DNA from: Caulobacteraceae bacterium
GTDB taxonomy: Bacteria; Pseudomonadota; Alphaproteobacteria; Caulobacterales; Caulobacteraceae
Assembly: GCA_965277345.1 (NCBI GenBank)
Contig: CBDICI010000002.1
Coordinates: 208,055 to 272,054, forward strand
Direction of reading: 5' to 3'
Length of the DNA stretch: 64,000 nucleotides
In this document: positions 10,094-18,736 of the stretch, piece by piece
How the letters are laid out: every line of letters starts with the position of its first letter
Numbering within the stretch: position 1 is the stretch's first letter
The notes under the pieces: model-generated
Databases searched by the model: none
What the model saw: the letters and a program-made list of their open reading frames with translations, nothing else
What the model was told of the DNA's origin: nothing
Position numbers and translations under genes: made by a program

Positions 10094-11061
10094 CGCGCCC
10101 GATCCTTGCGGATGACGGTGAAGGTCTTGGCCAATCTGTCGAAGGCGGCCTGATTGGCGGCGTCCTGGTGGGCCTGGATATAGTCGGCGCGGACGGCGTC
10201 GCGCACATCCGACAGCGCGGGATGCGACGCAGCCTGGCGGGCGTCCACATAGAGAAGATGCCAGCCATAGGCCGAGCGATAGGGCCCGCCCCAATGGCCG
10301 GGCGGCGCCGTCAAGACCGCGGTCGCAAAGGCTGTATGTCCGAACAGCCGATAGATCTGTTCCGGCTCGTAGGCGGAGAAATCATAGAGGTCGGGGAACG
10401 GGTCGCCCTTGTCGGGCGCCCGGGTCACGGTTGGCGAAAGCGTCTTCAGGACGGCGTCGGCCCGCGCCTTGGCCGGTGCATCCCCCTTGTCGCTGGAAAA
10501 ATAGATGTGGCTGAAGGTGGTCCGGGGCAGCGTGGCGTAGCGTTCTGCATGACTGGTGTAGAAAGCTGCGAGTTGCGGCTCGCTAGGTTCGGCCGGAGGG
10601 TTCAGATCCTGCAGCAGGAACTGTTCCTTTTGGACGACGCGGCGGTGCACGATCTCGTCGCCGACGTCCAGCTTCAGCGCCAGGCCTTGCCGGAACAGGA
10701 TCTCGTCGCGCACGTCCTGGTCGATCAGCCCCTGGAGGGTGTGCGGGTCCGGGCGCTCTCCGAACTGCAGCGCATAGTCGTTCGCCAGTTGAGCCACATG
10801 GGCGGGGGTAATGACGATGCGGTGGACGTCGGCATTGCGTTGATAAATCCGCCCTACCGCGAACAGCACGAACCCGATGATGATGAAGTGGACCAGGGGC
10901 TCTGCAGCAAGCTTGCGAAGCCGTCCCGGCCAGCGTTGGATTGGCGAGCCCTTACGATGTGTGACGGCTGAACGTCCGACGACGTCGGGGTCGGGGTTGG
11001 CGTTCCCCCCATCCGCGTCGGTCGGGCCTGGATCGCTTTCAGACATGCCTTCAAACTGCAT
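10090..11061 (-). CDS. Membrane-anchored parvulin-type peptidyl-prolyl isomerase
   Basis: The protein has an N-terminal anchor (HFIIIGFVLFAVG) and a C-terminal rotamase-like region (GPYRSAYGWHLLYV). The alternative start is ATG 11046. Confidence 0.7.
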   Translation of the reverse strand: MQFEGMSESDPGPTDADGGNANPDPDVVGRSAVTHRKGSPIQRWPGRLRKLAAEPLVHFIIIGFVLFAVGRIYQRNADVHRIVITPAHVAQLANDYALQFGERPDPHTLQGLIDQDVRDEILFRQGLALKLDVGDEIVHRRVVQKEQFLLQDLNPPAEPSEPQLAAFYTSHAERYATLPRTTFSHIYFSSDKGDAPAKARADAVLKTLSPTVTRAPDKGDPFPDLYDFSAYEPEQIYRLFGHTAFATAVLTAPPGHWGGPYRSAYGWHLLYVDARQAASHPALSDVRDAVRADYIQAHQDAANQAAFDRLAKTFTVIRKDRAR

Positions 11062-11233
11062 GGAAGGGTTTCAGAAAGCCACCGACGGCGGCGAGGACGA
11101 TATGGTCCGCCGCCGTCTCGGCGGACAAGGCGCCGAGTTCTTGGCCCACATCACCAAGCCCATGATGGAGAGTGATAGAGCCCGGGGCGATGTTCCGCGC
11201 GACCTTCCGGAGCTTCAACTCCATCCCTACCAT
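11051..11233 (-). CDS. Candidate small ORF (57-60 aa), unknown function
   Basis: An AGGAAG RBS-like sequence precedes ATG 11233, and a second ATG lies at 11224. Third-position codon bias looks coding by eye. The stop overlaps the PPIase start by 11 nt. I recognise no family. Confidence 0.3.
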   Translation of the reverse strand: MVGMELKLRKVARNIAPGSITLHHGLGDVGQELGALSAETAADHIVLAAVGGFLKPFHAV

Positions 11234-11294
11234 GCCCTTCCTCGGCGCCTGTTGGCCGATCGAAGCGGCGATTCGGGCGGCCTACATCGAAAAC

Positions 11295-13268
11295 TCAGCC
11301 CTTGGCCCGCTCTGACTTCGGCGGCGTGAACCAGATCGGGGATGACCAGGCGCGCTCCTGGATGGTCGCCGGCGCCCCGGCCGGGATCGGCAGGGCGTTG
11401 GCGATCGCCAGATGCGTGGTCCAACGGGCGGTCGGGATTTCCAGGGCGCGTGCATAATAGACTGCTGGCGCGTGGGGGTCGAACTGCGGGTCTTCCCAGA
11501 CGGTCGCCAAGGTCGGGGCGCCGATCGAATTGGTATAGTTTCCGGTCTTGAGATCAACGGTGTTCCCGACCGGAGGCGCCTTGCCAGTCCGCCGATCCAC
11601 GGTCCGACCGTTCGATACGGCGACATCGAAGACCTTCTCCTGATAGGTCTTGCCGACCAGCCAGACCTTGATGATCTGAATGCGGTCGAGGTTCGCCCCG
11701 TCGGGGTCCTTGGTCGCCTGCAGGATGAATCGGGGCGCGGACCGCTCACCGGTGGCTGGCAAGTCGGAGCCCATCGGCACTCCCTGCGCATAGGCCTGCC
11801 GCACCCAGCCGGCCTTTTGCAGCAGGGATGGGGCGAAGGACCAGCCCCCGAACATCCTGAGGCGGATGCGCGTGCCGGTGGTGGCGAAGGTTTCCTTGCG
11901 CTTGAGCGCGGCAAAGATCGACGGACGATTGTTCTGTTCTGCCCAGACGCCGGTGATGCTTGCCCCAGAAAACTGGAGGGGATTGTTTTCGCGCTGCCCG
12001 TTGGGACGCACTGCGACTTCGGCGCGATCCATTCCCAGCGCGGCGCGCGCGGCGGCGCCACGCGGCAGCATGGTCTTCGGGTCGAGCCCGCTGATCCGAC
12101 CGGCATAGGCGTTTTCGTCACTGGCGCTGAGCCCGTTATGGATGTCGGAAGCGCCCACCACGCCCATCTTGAAGGGGTTGGCGCCGACCTGAGATTGGAT
12201 GATCAGGCCGCGCCCGTAGGCTTCTCGAACATAAGAGCCATGCTGCACCGGGTGGTTCTCGCCGGCATAGACCCGGTCGACGATCTCGAAATTGGCGAAC
12301 TCGTCGTTGGGCGAGAGTTCGGGGGTGGTGTCGGACGAGCCCTTGGTCTGGGCAATCTCCACCAAAGGCTCGTTCAGCGCGCGCTGCTGGGCGTAGGCCT
12401 CATCGATCGGCCGGCCGTCCGACATATTCCAGTCGAAGTCGCGACCATCGCTGAGGTTGGAATTGTGCGGGATGGCCAGCACATCGATGCCCTGTTTGCG
12501 AACGGCGGTGAGGTACTTCCAGAGGTCTTCGGGCTTGTTCGAGTCCACGGCCGTGAAGGGCGCGGGTGCGTGATCCGCATCGAAGATCACGTTGCGGTGC
12601 ATATGAATCCCCTTCTCCGGGGAGGAGGTCCACTCATACGCCACAAAGGTGGTGAATTTTCCGGGCTGATAGTTGTCGTTGGCGGCCTTCATCTCCAGCG
12701 CCCAGCCGTTGGCGGTCTGGGCGGCGGCTTTCAGATCGGGCGCGGCTGCGTTGTTTTGGCCCGTCACCGCCGCGCCGGCGATATTGAAGGCCTTGGCGCC
12801 TCCGCTGCTGAGTTGCTTGCCGATGTCGCTTTTGGAGAAGGCGCTGTCGGGGTCGTCCAGCTGTTTCATGGCGCCGAGATATTCGGAGTGGTCGGTGACG
12901 GCGGTGAAATCCAGCGGCCAGGCCCGCCTGGCCGGCACCATGCCGTCGACCTGAAGTTGCTGCTCCTTGGCGAGTTGGATGGCTGGGACCATCACCGTCT
13001 CTCCGCGCGCGAACTTGTAGGCCTGATCCGGTGTGACCTTGGTGCCGAACGCCCAAGCATCGAATGACATGACGGTGTGGAGATGGAGTTCGCCGAAGAA
13101 AGCGCGGCGGTTTTCGGGCGCGGCCTGATTTGCATCCGGCATCGTCATCGCCGTGGCGCGGGAAATCATGGTCGGGGCGCCGCGCTCCGGCGCGAAGGCG
13201 ATCGTGGCCCCGGCGCCGGCGACGACTGCCGCGATCCCACCGGTGATCCAAAGCGTGCGATGTCCCAT
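11295..13268 (-). CDS. DUF3604 domain protein (PHP-like metal-dependent hydrolase fold), anchored/secreted
   Basis: A strong GAGGAGG RBS precedes ATG 13268. The protein has an N-terminal hydrophobic anchor and an FFGELHLHTVMSFDA HxH motif typical of DUF3604/PHP. Confidence 0.72.
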   Translation of the reverse strand: MGHRTLWITGGIAAVVAGAGATIAFAPERGAPTMISRATAMTMPDANQAAPENRRAFFGELHLHTVMSFDAWAFGTKVTPDQAYKFARGETVMVPAIQLAKEQQLQVDGMVPARRAWPLDFTAVTDHSEYLGAMKQLDDPDSAFSKSDIGKQLSSGGAKAFNIAGAAVTGQNNAAAPDLKAAAQTANGWALEMKAANDNYQPGKFTTFVAYEWTSSPEKGIHMHRNVIFDADHAPAPFTAVDSNKPEDLWKYLTAVRKQGIDVLAIPHNSNLSDGRDFDWNMSDGRPIDEAYAQQRALNEPLVEIAQTKGSSDTTPELSPNDEFANFEIVDRVYAGENHPVQHGSYVREAYGRGLIIQSQVGANPFKMGVVGASDIHNGLSASDENAYAGRISGLDPKTMLPRGAAARAALGMDRAEVAVRPNGQRENNPLQFSGASITGVWAEQNNRPSIFAALKRKETFATTGTRIRLRMFGGWSFAPSLLQKAGWVRQAYAQGVPMGSDLPATGERSAPRFILQATKDPDGANLDRIQIIKVWLVGKTYQEKVFDVAVSNGRTVDRRTGKAPPVGNTVDLKTGNYTNSIGAPTLATVWEDPQFDPHAPAVYYARALEIPTARWTTHLAIANALPIPAGAPATIQERAWSSPIWFTPPKSERAKG

Positions 13269-13286
13269 GTGAACCTCCTCTTATCC

Positions 13287-13901
13287 TTATAATATCCCGG
13301 ACGCTGCCGCAGGGCCGCCCGTATTGCAGGAAACCCTTCGGATTTCCGGCAATGGAACGCGGTCCCGATGATCTGCGACGCCGGTATTGGGCTGATACAG
13401 GCGAAGCAGGAGCTGCATCAGACCATCGCGCCCGCCGAAGGTCAGCCGGTTTTGCCCCTCCCCCGAGGGCGCCAGCGCTATGGTCCAGCGGCCGTTGGCA
13501 TCGATGGCGGTGTCCGACATCGACCACGAATAGCGGTTGGCCGGATTGTCAATATAGAAGCCGTCGCGATAGAGGGTCAGGCTCCACCAGCGGGTCGGCA
13601 GCGGACCACCGATCACAGTATAGGTGCAGGCGCGCCGAAGCCGCTCGCCCGCGGAGTCGTGGCTGGCGGTGAAATAGACCACCTCGGAGGGCGGCAGGCC
13701 CCAGATGCCGTGGAGGGCGACACGGGCGCGCGTATACGGGTTCTGGTGCGCTTGGCCGATGGCGGCGCTGGTGGACCAGGCGCCGACCTTCTGATCTTCC
13801 TTGGCGTTGGGATTGGTCACGGCCCAGAAGGTGGCGGCGCCGGCGAGCGCACCCAGCACGCCCCCCGTGAGCAGCGACGCGGCGGTCCAGACCCGCTTCA
13901 A
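13287..13901 (-). CDS. DUF1214 domain protein with N-terminal anchor
   Basis: The TTG start overlaps the DUF1254 stop (TTGA) and has a GAAGGAGG RBS 7 nt upstream. DUF1214-like signature: RWWSLTLYRDGFYIDNPANRYS. Confidence 0.72.
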   Translation of the reverse strand: MKRVWTAASLLTGGVLGALAGAATFWAVTNPNAKEDQKVGAWSTSAAIGQAHQNPYTRARVALHGIWGLPPSEVVYFTASHDSAGERLRRACTYTVIGGPLPTRWWSLTLYRDGFYIDNPANRYSWSMSDTAIDANGRWTIALAPSGEGQNRLTFGGRDGLMQLLLRLYQPNTGVADHRDRVPLPEIRRVSCNTGGPAAASGIL

Positions 13902-14473
13902 GACCGAGCCTCCTTCGCCGGACGCATGACGAGGCCCCGACTCTCCGCTTCCAGCGCCGTGACATAGGCCTTGTCCGTGCGGTCGCGTATGAAGCAGCGC
14001 AACAGCACCACGCCTTCGGTCGATGGCAGGATGGCCTCATCCTTGACCGGTTCAGCGACGTGCTGCTGCGCGGTTCCAAGACCGATCGAGATCCGCCCAT
14101 CGGGGGAGTCCCGGTCCGAACGGATGAGGACGGTGTCGGTATTCCGGGCGAATACAGAGGCCGACCAATAGGTGCAGCTATGCGGCCGAACCCCTTCGAC
14201 TATCAAAGGGCCTTTGCGAAGGTCCAGATAGGCGCGCGTGCTGAGCGTGTCCGGGTTGGCCAGCGGCACGCTGGTTGCGCCGGCGCGCGGCGGCTTGGCG
14301 TAGATGAGCGCATTCATCCGCCCGCCGCGCCGCAGCCCCTCGGCGATCTGATGATCGGTCGACCAGTCCGGGCTGAGAAAGAGCACGCCCAGATGCACAA
14401 CGATCGCCATGACGACGAACGCGACGCCGCCGACGATCACGCTGTGCCAAAGCTGAGATTTGCGCTGACCCAT
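13898..14473 (-). CDS. DUF1254 domain protein with N-terminal anchor
   Basis: ATG 14473 gives MGQRKSQLW followed by a TM helix. DUF1254-like signature: NPDTLSTRAYLDLRKGPLIVEG. Confidence 0.68.
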   Translation of the reverse strand: MGQRKSQLWHSVIVGGVAFVVMAIVVHLGVLFLSPDWSTDHQIAEGLRRGGRMNALIYAKPPRAGATSVPLANPDTLSTRAYLDLRKGPLIVEGVRPHSCTYWSASVFARNTDTVLIRSDRDSPDGRISIGLGTAQQHVAEPVKDEAILPSTEGVVLLRCFIRDRTDKAYVTALEAESRGLVMRPAKEARS

Positions 14474-14668
14474 ATCAGATCGTTGAAAACCGACCGATCG
14501 GCTGGCTGGATCGCCGGGACGAATTTTCAACCTCCCGCCCAAGCGACGAGCGCGCCGTCATGTCTGAACCGTGCCGATCATTCACAATTTCTAACCGATC
14601 ATCCGAAAAACTCAAGTGCGCCTGCGACAGAAGGAGCCCTCAACGGGTGAGCACAAACTTTAACGCAT

Positions 14669-14692
14669 TGATTATAAATATATTATTATAGG
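14669..14692. promoter_or_regulatory. A/T-only imperfect palindrome in the divergent control region (candidate operator or promoter element)
   Basis: TGATTATAAATATATTATTATAGG is the most AT-rich stretch I saw in the window. It lies between the divergent DUF1254 operon and the TonB receptor gene. Confidence 0.3.
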
Positions 14693-14879
14693 TTAGACCG
14701 ATGCTTCTTTGCGACTGTTTGAATAAGTTGAGATGTCCTTCAACATTCCGCCAGCCCAATTTATGCCTTGCCGGGTGGAATTTTCTGCATTCATATGCCA
14801 CCAAAATGGAGGATTGGTCCCCTTGCCGGGGATCAAAAACGAACGAGGGAAATGCACGGCAAGTGCAAAAGGGGGAAAT

Positions 14880-17489
14880 ATGACGGGTCAAACCGTGAGC
14901 GGCCGTTGCGGCATCGAGGCATCAGCGAGGGTCGCCAAGTCGCGCACGCTGAGAGCTAAGATATTGGCGAGCGGCGCCGTTTATCTGGCCTTGGGTCTTT
15001 GGGCGCAGGCAGCGTCGGCGCAGCACGCCAGTCGCGAGCCCTCCGCATCCGGCGCGGCGCCCGCGAGCGACACTGCAGCCCAGGCCAGCGCTGCGCAGGC
15101 CGAGGGCGAAACGGCCGAAATCGTGGTGACCGCCACCAAGCGGAATGAGCGTCTGCGCGACGTGCCGGAAGCCATTACAGCCGTTTCGGGCGCATCGCTG
15201 GCCGCGGTCGGTCCCATCGCCAACACGTCCGACATCGTCAGCAGCGTGCCCGGCGCACGGTTCAATAACCTCGGCAATCCGCTACTGAGCGAAATCTCGA
15301 TCCGCGGTTCGGGAACCGAGCGCGCGACCGGCGCCGACTCCTCGGTGGGTCTGTATAGCGACGGCATCTACATCGGGTTCAGCGGTAATGGCGGACGTAA
15401 CTTCGCGCCGGTCGATTCGTTCGACGTCGACCACGTGGAGGTGTTGGAAGGCCCGCAAGGGGCGCTCTATGGCCGGGACGCCGAATACGGGGTGATCAAC
15501 ATCATCTCCCAACGCCACGCCTTCAAGAACTCCGCCTCCGTCGATGAGGTCTACAATTTCGATACGCAGCAGAATATCGTCTCGGCCATCGGCAACTACG
15601 CCATCAATGATAACTGGGCTGTCAGGCTGGGCGCCCAGGATTACATCCAGTCCAAGGGATTTGAATACAATCCGACGCTTAACCGTTATTACGACGTGAC
15701 GAGCGGCTATATCGTCCGCGGGCAGGTGCGCTACTCAGCCAACAACTTCGATGTGGATTTGCTGGCTCAGCGGCAGGAGCTTCGCGTGCCGTCGTTCTAT
15801 TCGGTGGACCAGGTCCAGCCCGCCAATCCGGCAGTCGGCTATCCGGGGTTCTCCACCTATCCGCTGGGCTTCTTCCAAAATCTGCGTTCCGTCCCGCACA
15901 ACGGGACCGACTATGCCAAGGAAGACATCGACAACGTCTCGCTGTTCATCAATTACGACTTCGGCTGGTCCAAGCTGAGTTCGACGTCGAGCTGGCGTCG
16001 CATCAACACGACCCAGATGATCGATGCGGACTATATCGATCTGGCCACCGAGATCGCCGTTCAGCAACTCGGCGAGAAGGGTGCTTACCCCTTCGTTCAG
16101 CAGAACAATATCGGCCAAACCGACACCTATTTCGAGGATATACACTTGGCTGGTGCGCCGATGTTTCATAACCGACTGAGCTGGCTCGGCGGTCTGGAAC
16201 TGCTGGATCAGCCGCAGAACTCGCGCCAGACGGTGACGCAGAACCCCTGCGCCACCAACCAGAATCCCAACCCCGTGATCGGACAGGGCGCCTGTACCGG
16301 CACGCCGACGGCGCCGACCTGCACGCCCCTGTTGGGCTCGACCTGCCCGACCCCCGTCAGCCCCTATGGTTCGGACTCGCCCACCGCCAGTAAATACTAT
16401 TCCTGGGCGCCCTATGTATCGCTGACCTACAAGATCGGCTGGGGCTTCACCATCGCGGGGGACCTGCGATACTCGCACGATCACAAGACGGCGACCAATT
16501 CGGTGTCTCAACTCTACACCAACCTCTCATACCCTTATCTGACGGGCGGCACGATCCCGGCCGCCAGTTACAGACTGGACTCGGGCAACACCAATTATGC
16601 GGTGACGCTGAGCTACAAGGTTCCAGACTCCGACACGATATTCTACGGCAAGGTGGGGACGGGCTATCGGGTCGGTGGGTTCAATTTCGGCCACACCCCG
16701 CCGCTGTTGGCGCCGCCCTATCCAAAGGGCATCAGCGCCGCGCCCAACTATGCGCCGGTCGTGCCGTCCTATAGCGACGAGACCAGCACCAGCTTCGAGG
16801 TCGGTGTGAAGGGCACGATCGCCCCGCGCACCTATCTGACCCTAGCGGCCTATTACCAGGATACGCTCAACGCCCTCGCCGGCGTGCAGGATGGCTGTAC
16901 GGCCACCAATGCCTGTGAAGCCGGCAATACCAACTACACCGTGAACGGCGGAACGGTGCATGGCAAAGGGTTGGAAGCGCAGTTCACAACGTCTCTCAAT
17001 CTGCTCGGCGGCGTGCTCAACGTGCAGGTCAACGGGTCGACCCAGACGGCTAAATACGTGAGCAACCCCACAGTCGGGGTCAATGGGCAGAAGTTGAACG
17101 GTCTGCCGCTGATCGGCACCTCGATCGCGGAGAACCCGCATTACCTCCTCGACGCGACGCTGAATTACGTTCATCCGATCACCAACGATATCCTGGGCTT
17201 CGCCAATTTGCGGATGCACGATCAGTGGGGCGGCATCCAGGATCCGCAAACCAGTGTGCTGGTGTTTCATATGGACAACTACCAAGACTACGATCTTCGC
17301 GCCGGCGTCGATTACAAGGCACTCGAGTTCGCTGTCATTGTCCGCAATTTGACCGACGAGTTCCACCGCACGGCTCAGTTCCAACAGGCGGGCGTCAACA
17401 CCATCACCGGCGCCACCGTGCCGGTAGTGACGCAGATCCGGCCCAATCTTCCGCGCTCGATCTCACTGGAAGTGAAATACAAGTGGTAA
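14880..17489 (+). CDS. TonB-dependent outer-membrane receptor
   Basis: An AAAGGGGG RBS precedes ATG 14880. The protein has a signal peptide (AQAASA-Q), a TonB-box/plug region (EIVVTATKR, VEVLEGPQGALYG) and a C-terminal aromatic residue (EVKYKW). Confidence 0.9.
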   Translation: MTGQTVSGRCGIEASARVAKSRTLRAKILASGAVYLALGLWAQAASAQHASREPSASGAAPASDTAAQASAAQAEGETAEIVVTATKRNERLRDVPEAITAVSGASLAAVGPIANTSDIVSSVPGARFNNLGNPLLSEISIRGSGTERATGADSSVGLYSDGIYIGFSGNGGRNFAPVDSFDVDHVEVLEGPQGALYGRDAEYGVINIISQRHAFKNSASVDEVYNFDTQQNIVSAIGNYAINDNWAVRLGAQDYIQSKGFEYNPTLNRYYDVTSGYIVRGQVRYSANNFDVDLLAQRQELRVPSFYSVDQVQPANPAVGYPGFSTYPLGFFQNLRSVPHNGTDYAKEDIDNVSLFINYDFGWSKLSSTSSWRRINTTQMIDADYIDLATEIAVQQLGEKGAYPFVQQNNIGQTDTYFEDIHLAGAPMFHNRLSWLGGLELLDQPQNSRQTVTQNPCATNQNPNPVIGQGACTGTPTAPTCTPLLGSTCPTPVSPYGSDSPTASKYYSWAPYVSLTYKIGWGFTIAGDLRYSHDHKTATNSVSQLYTNLSYPYLTGGTIPAASYRLDSGNTNYAVTLSYKVPDSDTIFYGKVGTGYRVGGFNFGHTPPLLAPPYPKGISAAPNYAPVVPSYSDETSTSFEVGVKGTIAPRTYLTLAAYYQDTLNALAGVQDGCTATNACEAGNTNYTVNGGTVHGKGLEAQFTTSLNLLGGVLNVQVNGSTQTAKYVSNPTVGVNGQKLNGLPLIGTSIAENPHYLLDATLNYVHPITNDILGFANLRMHDQWGGIQDPQTSVLVFHMDNYQDYDLRAGVDYKALEFAVIVRNLTDEFHRTAQFQQAGVNTITGATVPVVTQIRPNLPRSISLEVKYKW

Positions 17490-17496
17490 GGCGATC

Positions 17497-17922
17497 ATGG
17501 ATGATCTGCAGCGATCGCTGATCGAACGGGCGTGTGGTCGGCTAGTGACGCAGTACTGTCACTATATCGACCACGGTCAGGCCTCGCGTGTGGCGAGGTT
17601 GTTCTCGGTCGATGGAGTCTGGTGCTCTGCCGAGCAGACCATGAGCGGGGTCGCAGAAATCGAGCGTGGCTTCATGCGGCGTGAGACTAATGTCGGTCGG
17701 TTTTCGCGCCACGTGTGCAACAACCTGCTGATCGACGTCGAGGATGCCGATCATGCGACCGGCGTGGTGTATTTGACGCTCTATCGGCACGATGGCGAGG
17801 TGGGGCGGCGGAGCGCCCCGACCGGGCCGCCGACTTTTATCGGCGAATACCGCGACCGGTTTGTCCACACCGTGGACGGGTGGCGGTTCCAGCGCCGCGA
17901 TGTATCGGCCGACTTCGTATGA
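17497..17922 (+). CDS. SnoaL-like / NTF2-fold protein
   Basis: 141 aa, starting 7 nt after the receptor stop. The pattern is SnoaL_4-like (YCHYIDHG, GVVYLTLY, DGWRF). Confidence 0.7.
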   Translation: MDDLQRSLIERACGRLVTQYCHYIDHGQASRVARLFSVDGVWCSAEQTMSGVAEIERGFMRRETNVGRFSRHVCNNLLIDVEDADHATGVVYLTLYRHDGEVGRRSAPTGPPTFIGEYRDRFVHTVDGWRFQRRDVSADFV

Positions 17923-17932
17923 GCGGGTCATC

Positions 17933-18736
17933 GTGACGTCATCACGCGTGTTCAAGGAGCGCCACCTCGGCGCGGTCTTCATCGTCACCGGCGGCGGAAG
18001 CGGCATCGGCGCCGCGACCGCCGAGCGGCTGGCGGCGGAGGGCGCCAAGGTGGTCGTCGCCGACGTGCGGGGCCCCTCCGCCGAGGCAATCGCGCAGACC
18101 ATCAACGCCGCCGGGGGCGAAGCGATCGGGCTGTCCTGCGATGTCTCTTGTGAGGACGACGTTCGCGCCATGGTCCGCCATGCCAGTGAACGGTTCGGCC
18201 CGGTATCGGGTCTATTCGCCAACGCGGGCACGGCCGGGCGCGGCTGGATCCACGAGACCGAACTCGCCGATTGGCAGCGCGTACTATCCGTCAACCTGAC
18301 CGGCCCATTTCTGTGCGCCAAACACCTGCTGCCGGCGATGGTCGAGCAGGGGCGGGGCGTGATCGTCACTACCGGATCAATCGCCTCGGTCGTGATCGGC
18401 GGCGCCGGTTCGGCCGCCAGTTATGCGTCCAGCAAGGGTGGCCTGCTTCAACTCACCAAGCAGATCGCAGTGGACTACGGCGCCCAGGGCATTCGGGCCG
18501 TCTGTGTCTGTCCCGGGGCGGTGAAGACGCAGATGGGGGTGCACGTAAGCCAAGACCGTCAGGCCGACCAGACCCAGGCGACAACATCGCTGCCGCGCCC
18601 ATCGCCTTGGACGCCGCTGTCGCGAGCCGCCGCTCCCGAAGAAATTGCGTCGGTGGTCTCGTTCCTGCTGTCCGACGAAGCGTCCTTCATCACGGGAAGC
18701 GCGGTATTCGTCGATGGCGGCCTGCTCGCCATCTGA
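17933..18736 (+). CDS. SDR family oxidoreductase
   Basis: GTG start 10 nt after the previous stop. Motifs: TGGGSGIG Rossmann motif, NAG, and the YASSK catalytic motif. Confidence 0.9.
   Translation: MTSSRVFKERHLGAVFIVTGGGSGIGAATAERLAAEGAKVVVADVRGPSAEAIAQTINAAGGEAIGLSCDVSCEDDVRAMVRHASERFGPVSGLFANAGTAGRGWIHETELADWQRVLSVNLTGPFLCAKHLLPAMVEQGRGVIVTTGSIASVVIGGAGSAASYASSKGGLLQLTKQIAVDYGAQGIRAVCVCPGAVKTQMGVHVSQDRQADQTQATTSLPRPSPWTPLSRAAAPEEIASVVSFLLSDEASFITGSAVFVDGGLLAI

Noticed and set aside
8481-10268. 595-aa ORF suggesting a large fusion protein
   Set aside because: Only the C-terminal 201 aa (from ATG 9086) look like a real HupE/UreJ protein. The upstream 390 aa overlap the HupE_UreJ_2 gene in another frame and are Arg/Pro-rich.
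14669-14692. Fur/Zur/Mur box assignment for the A/T palindrome
   Set aside because: A by-eye match to the 19-bp Fur consensus is only about half of the positions. I could not match Irr (ICE), RirA (IRO) or alphaproteobacterial Zur patterns. It is kept only as a generic candidate operator.
14700-14879. Cobalamin or other known riboswitch in the TonB receptor leaders (also 28571-28700)
   Set aside because: I could not find a B12-box or other conserved riboswitch core sequence. Only generic hairpins and repeats are present.
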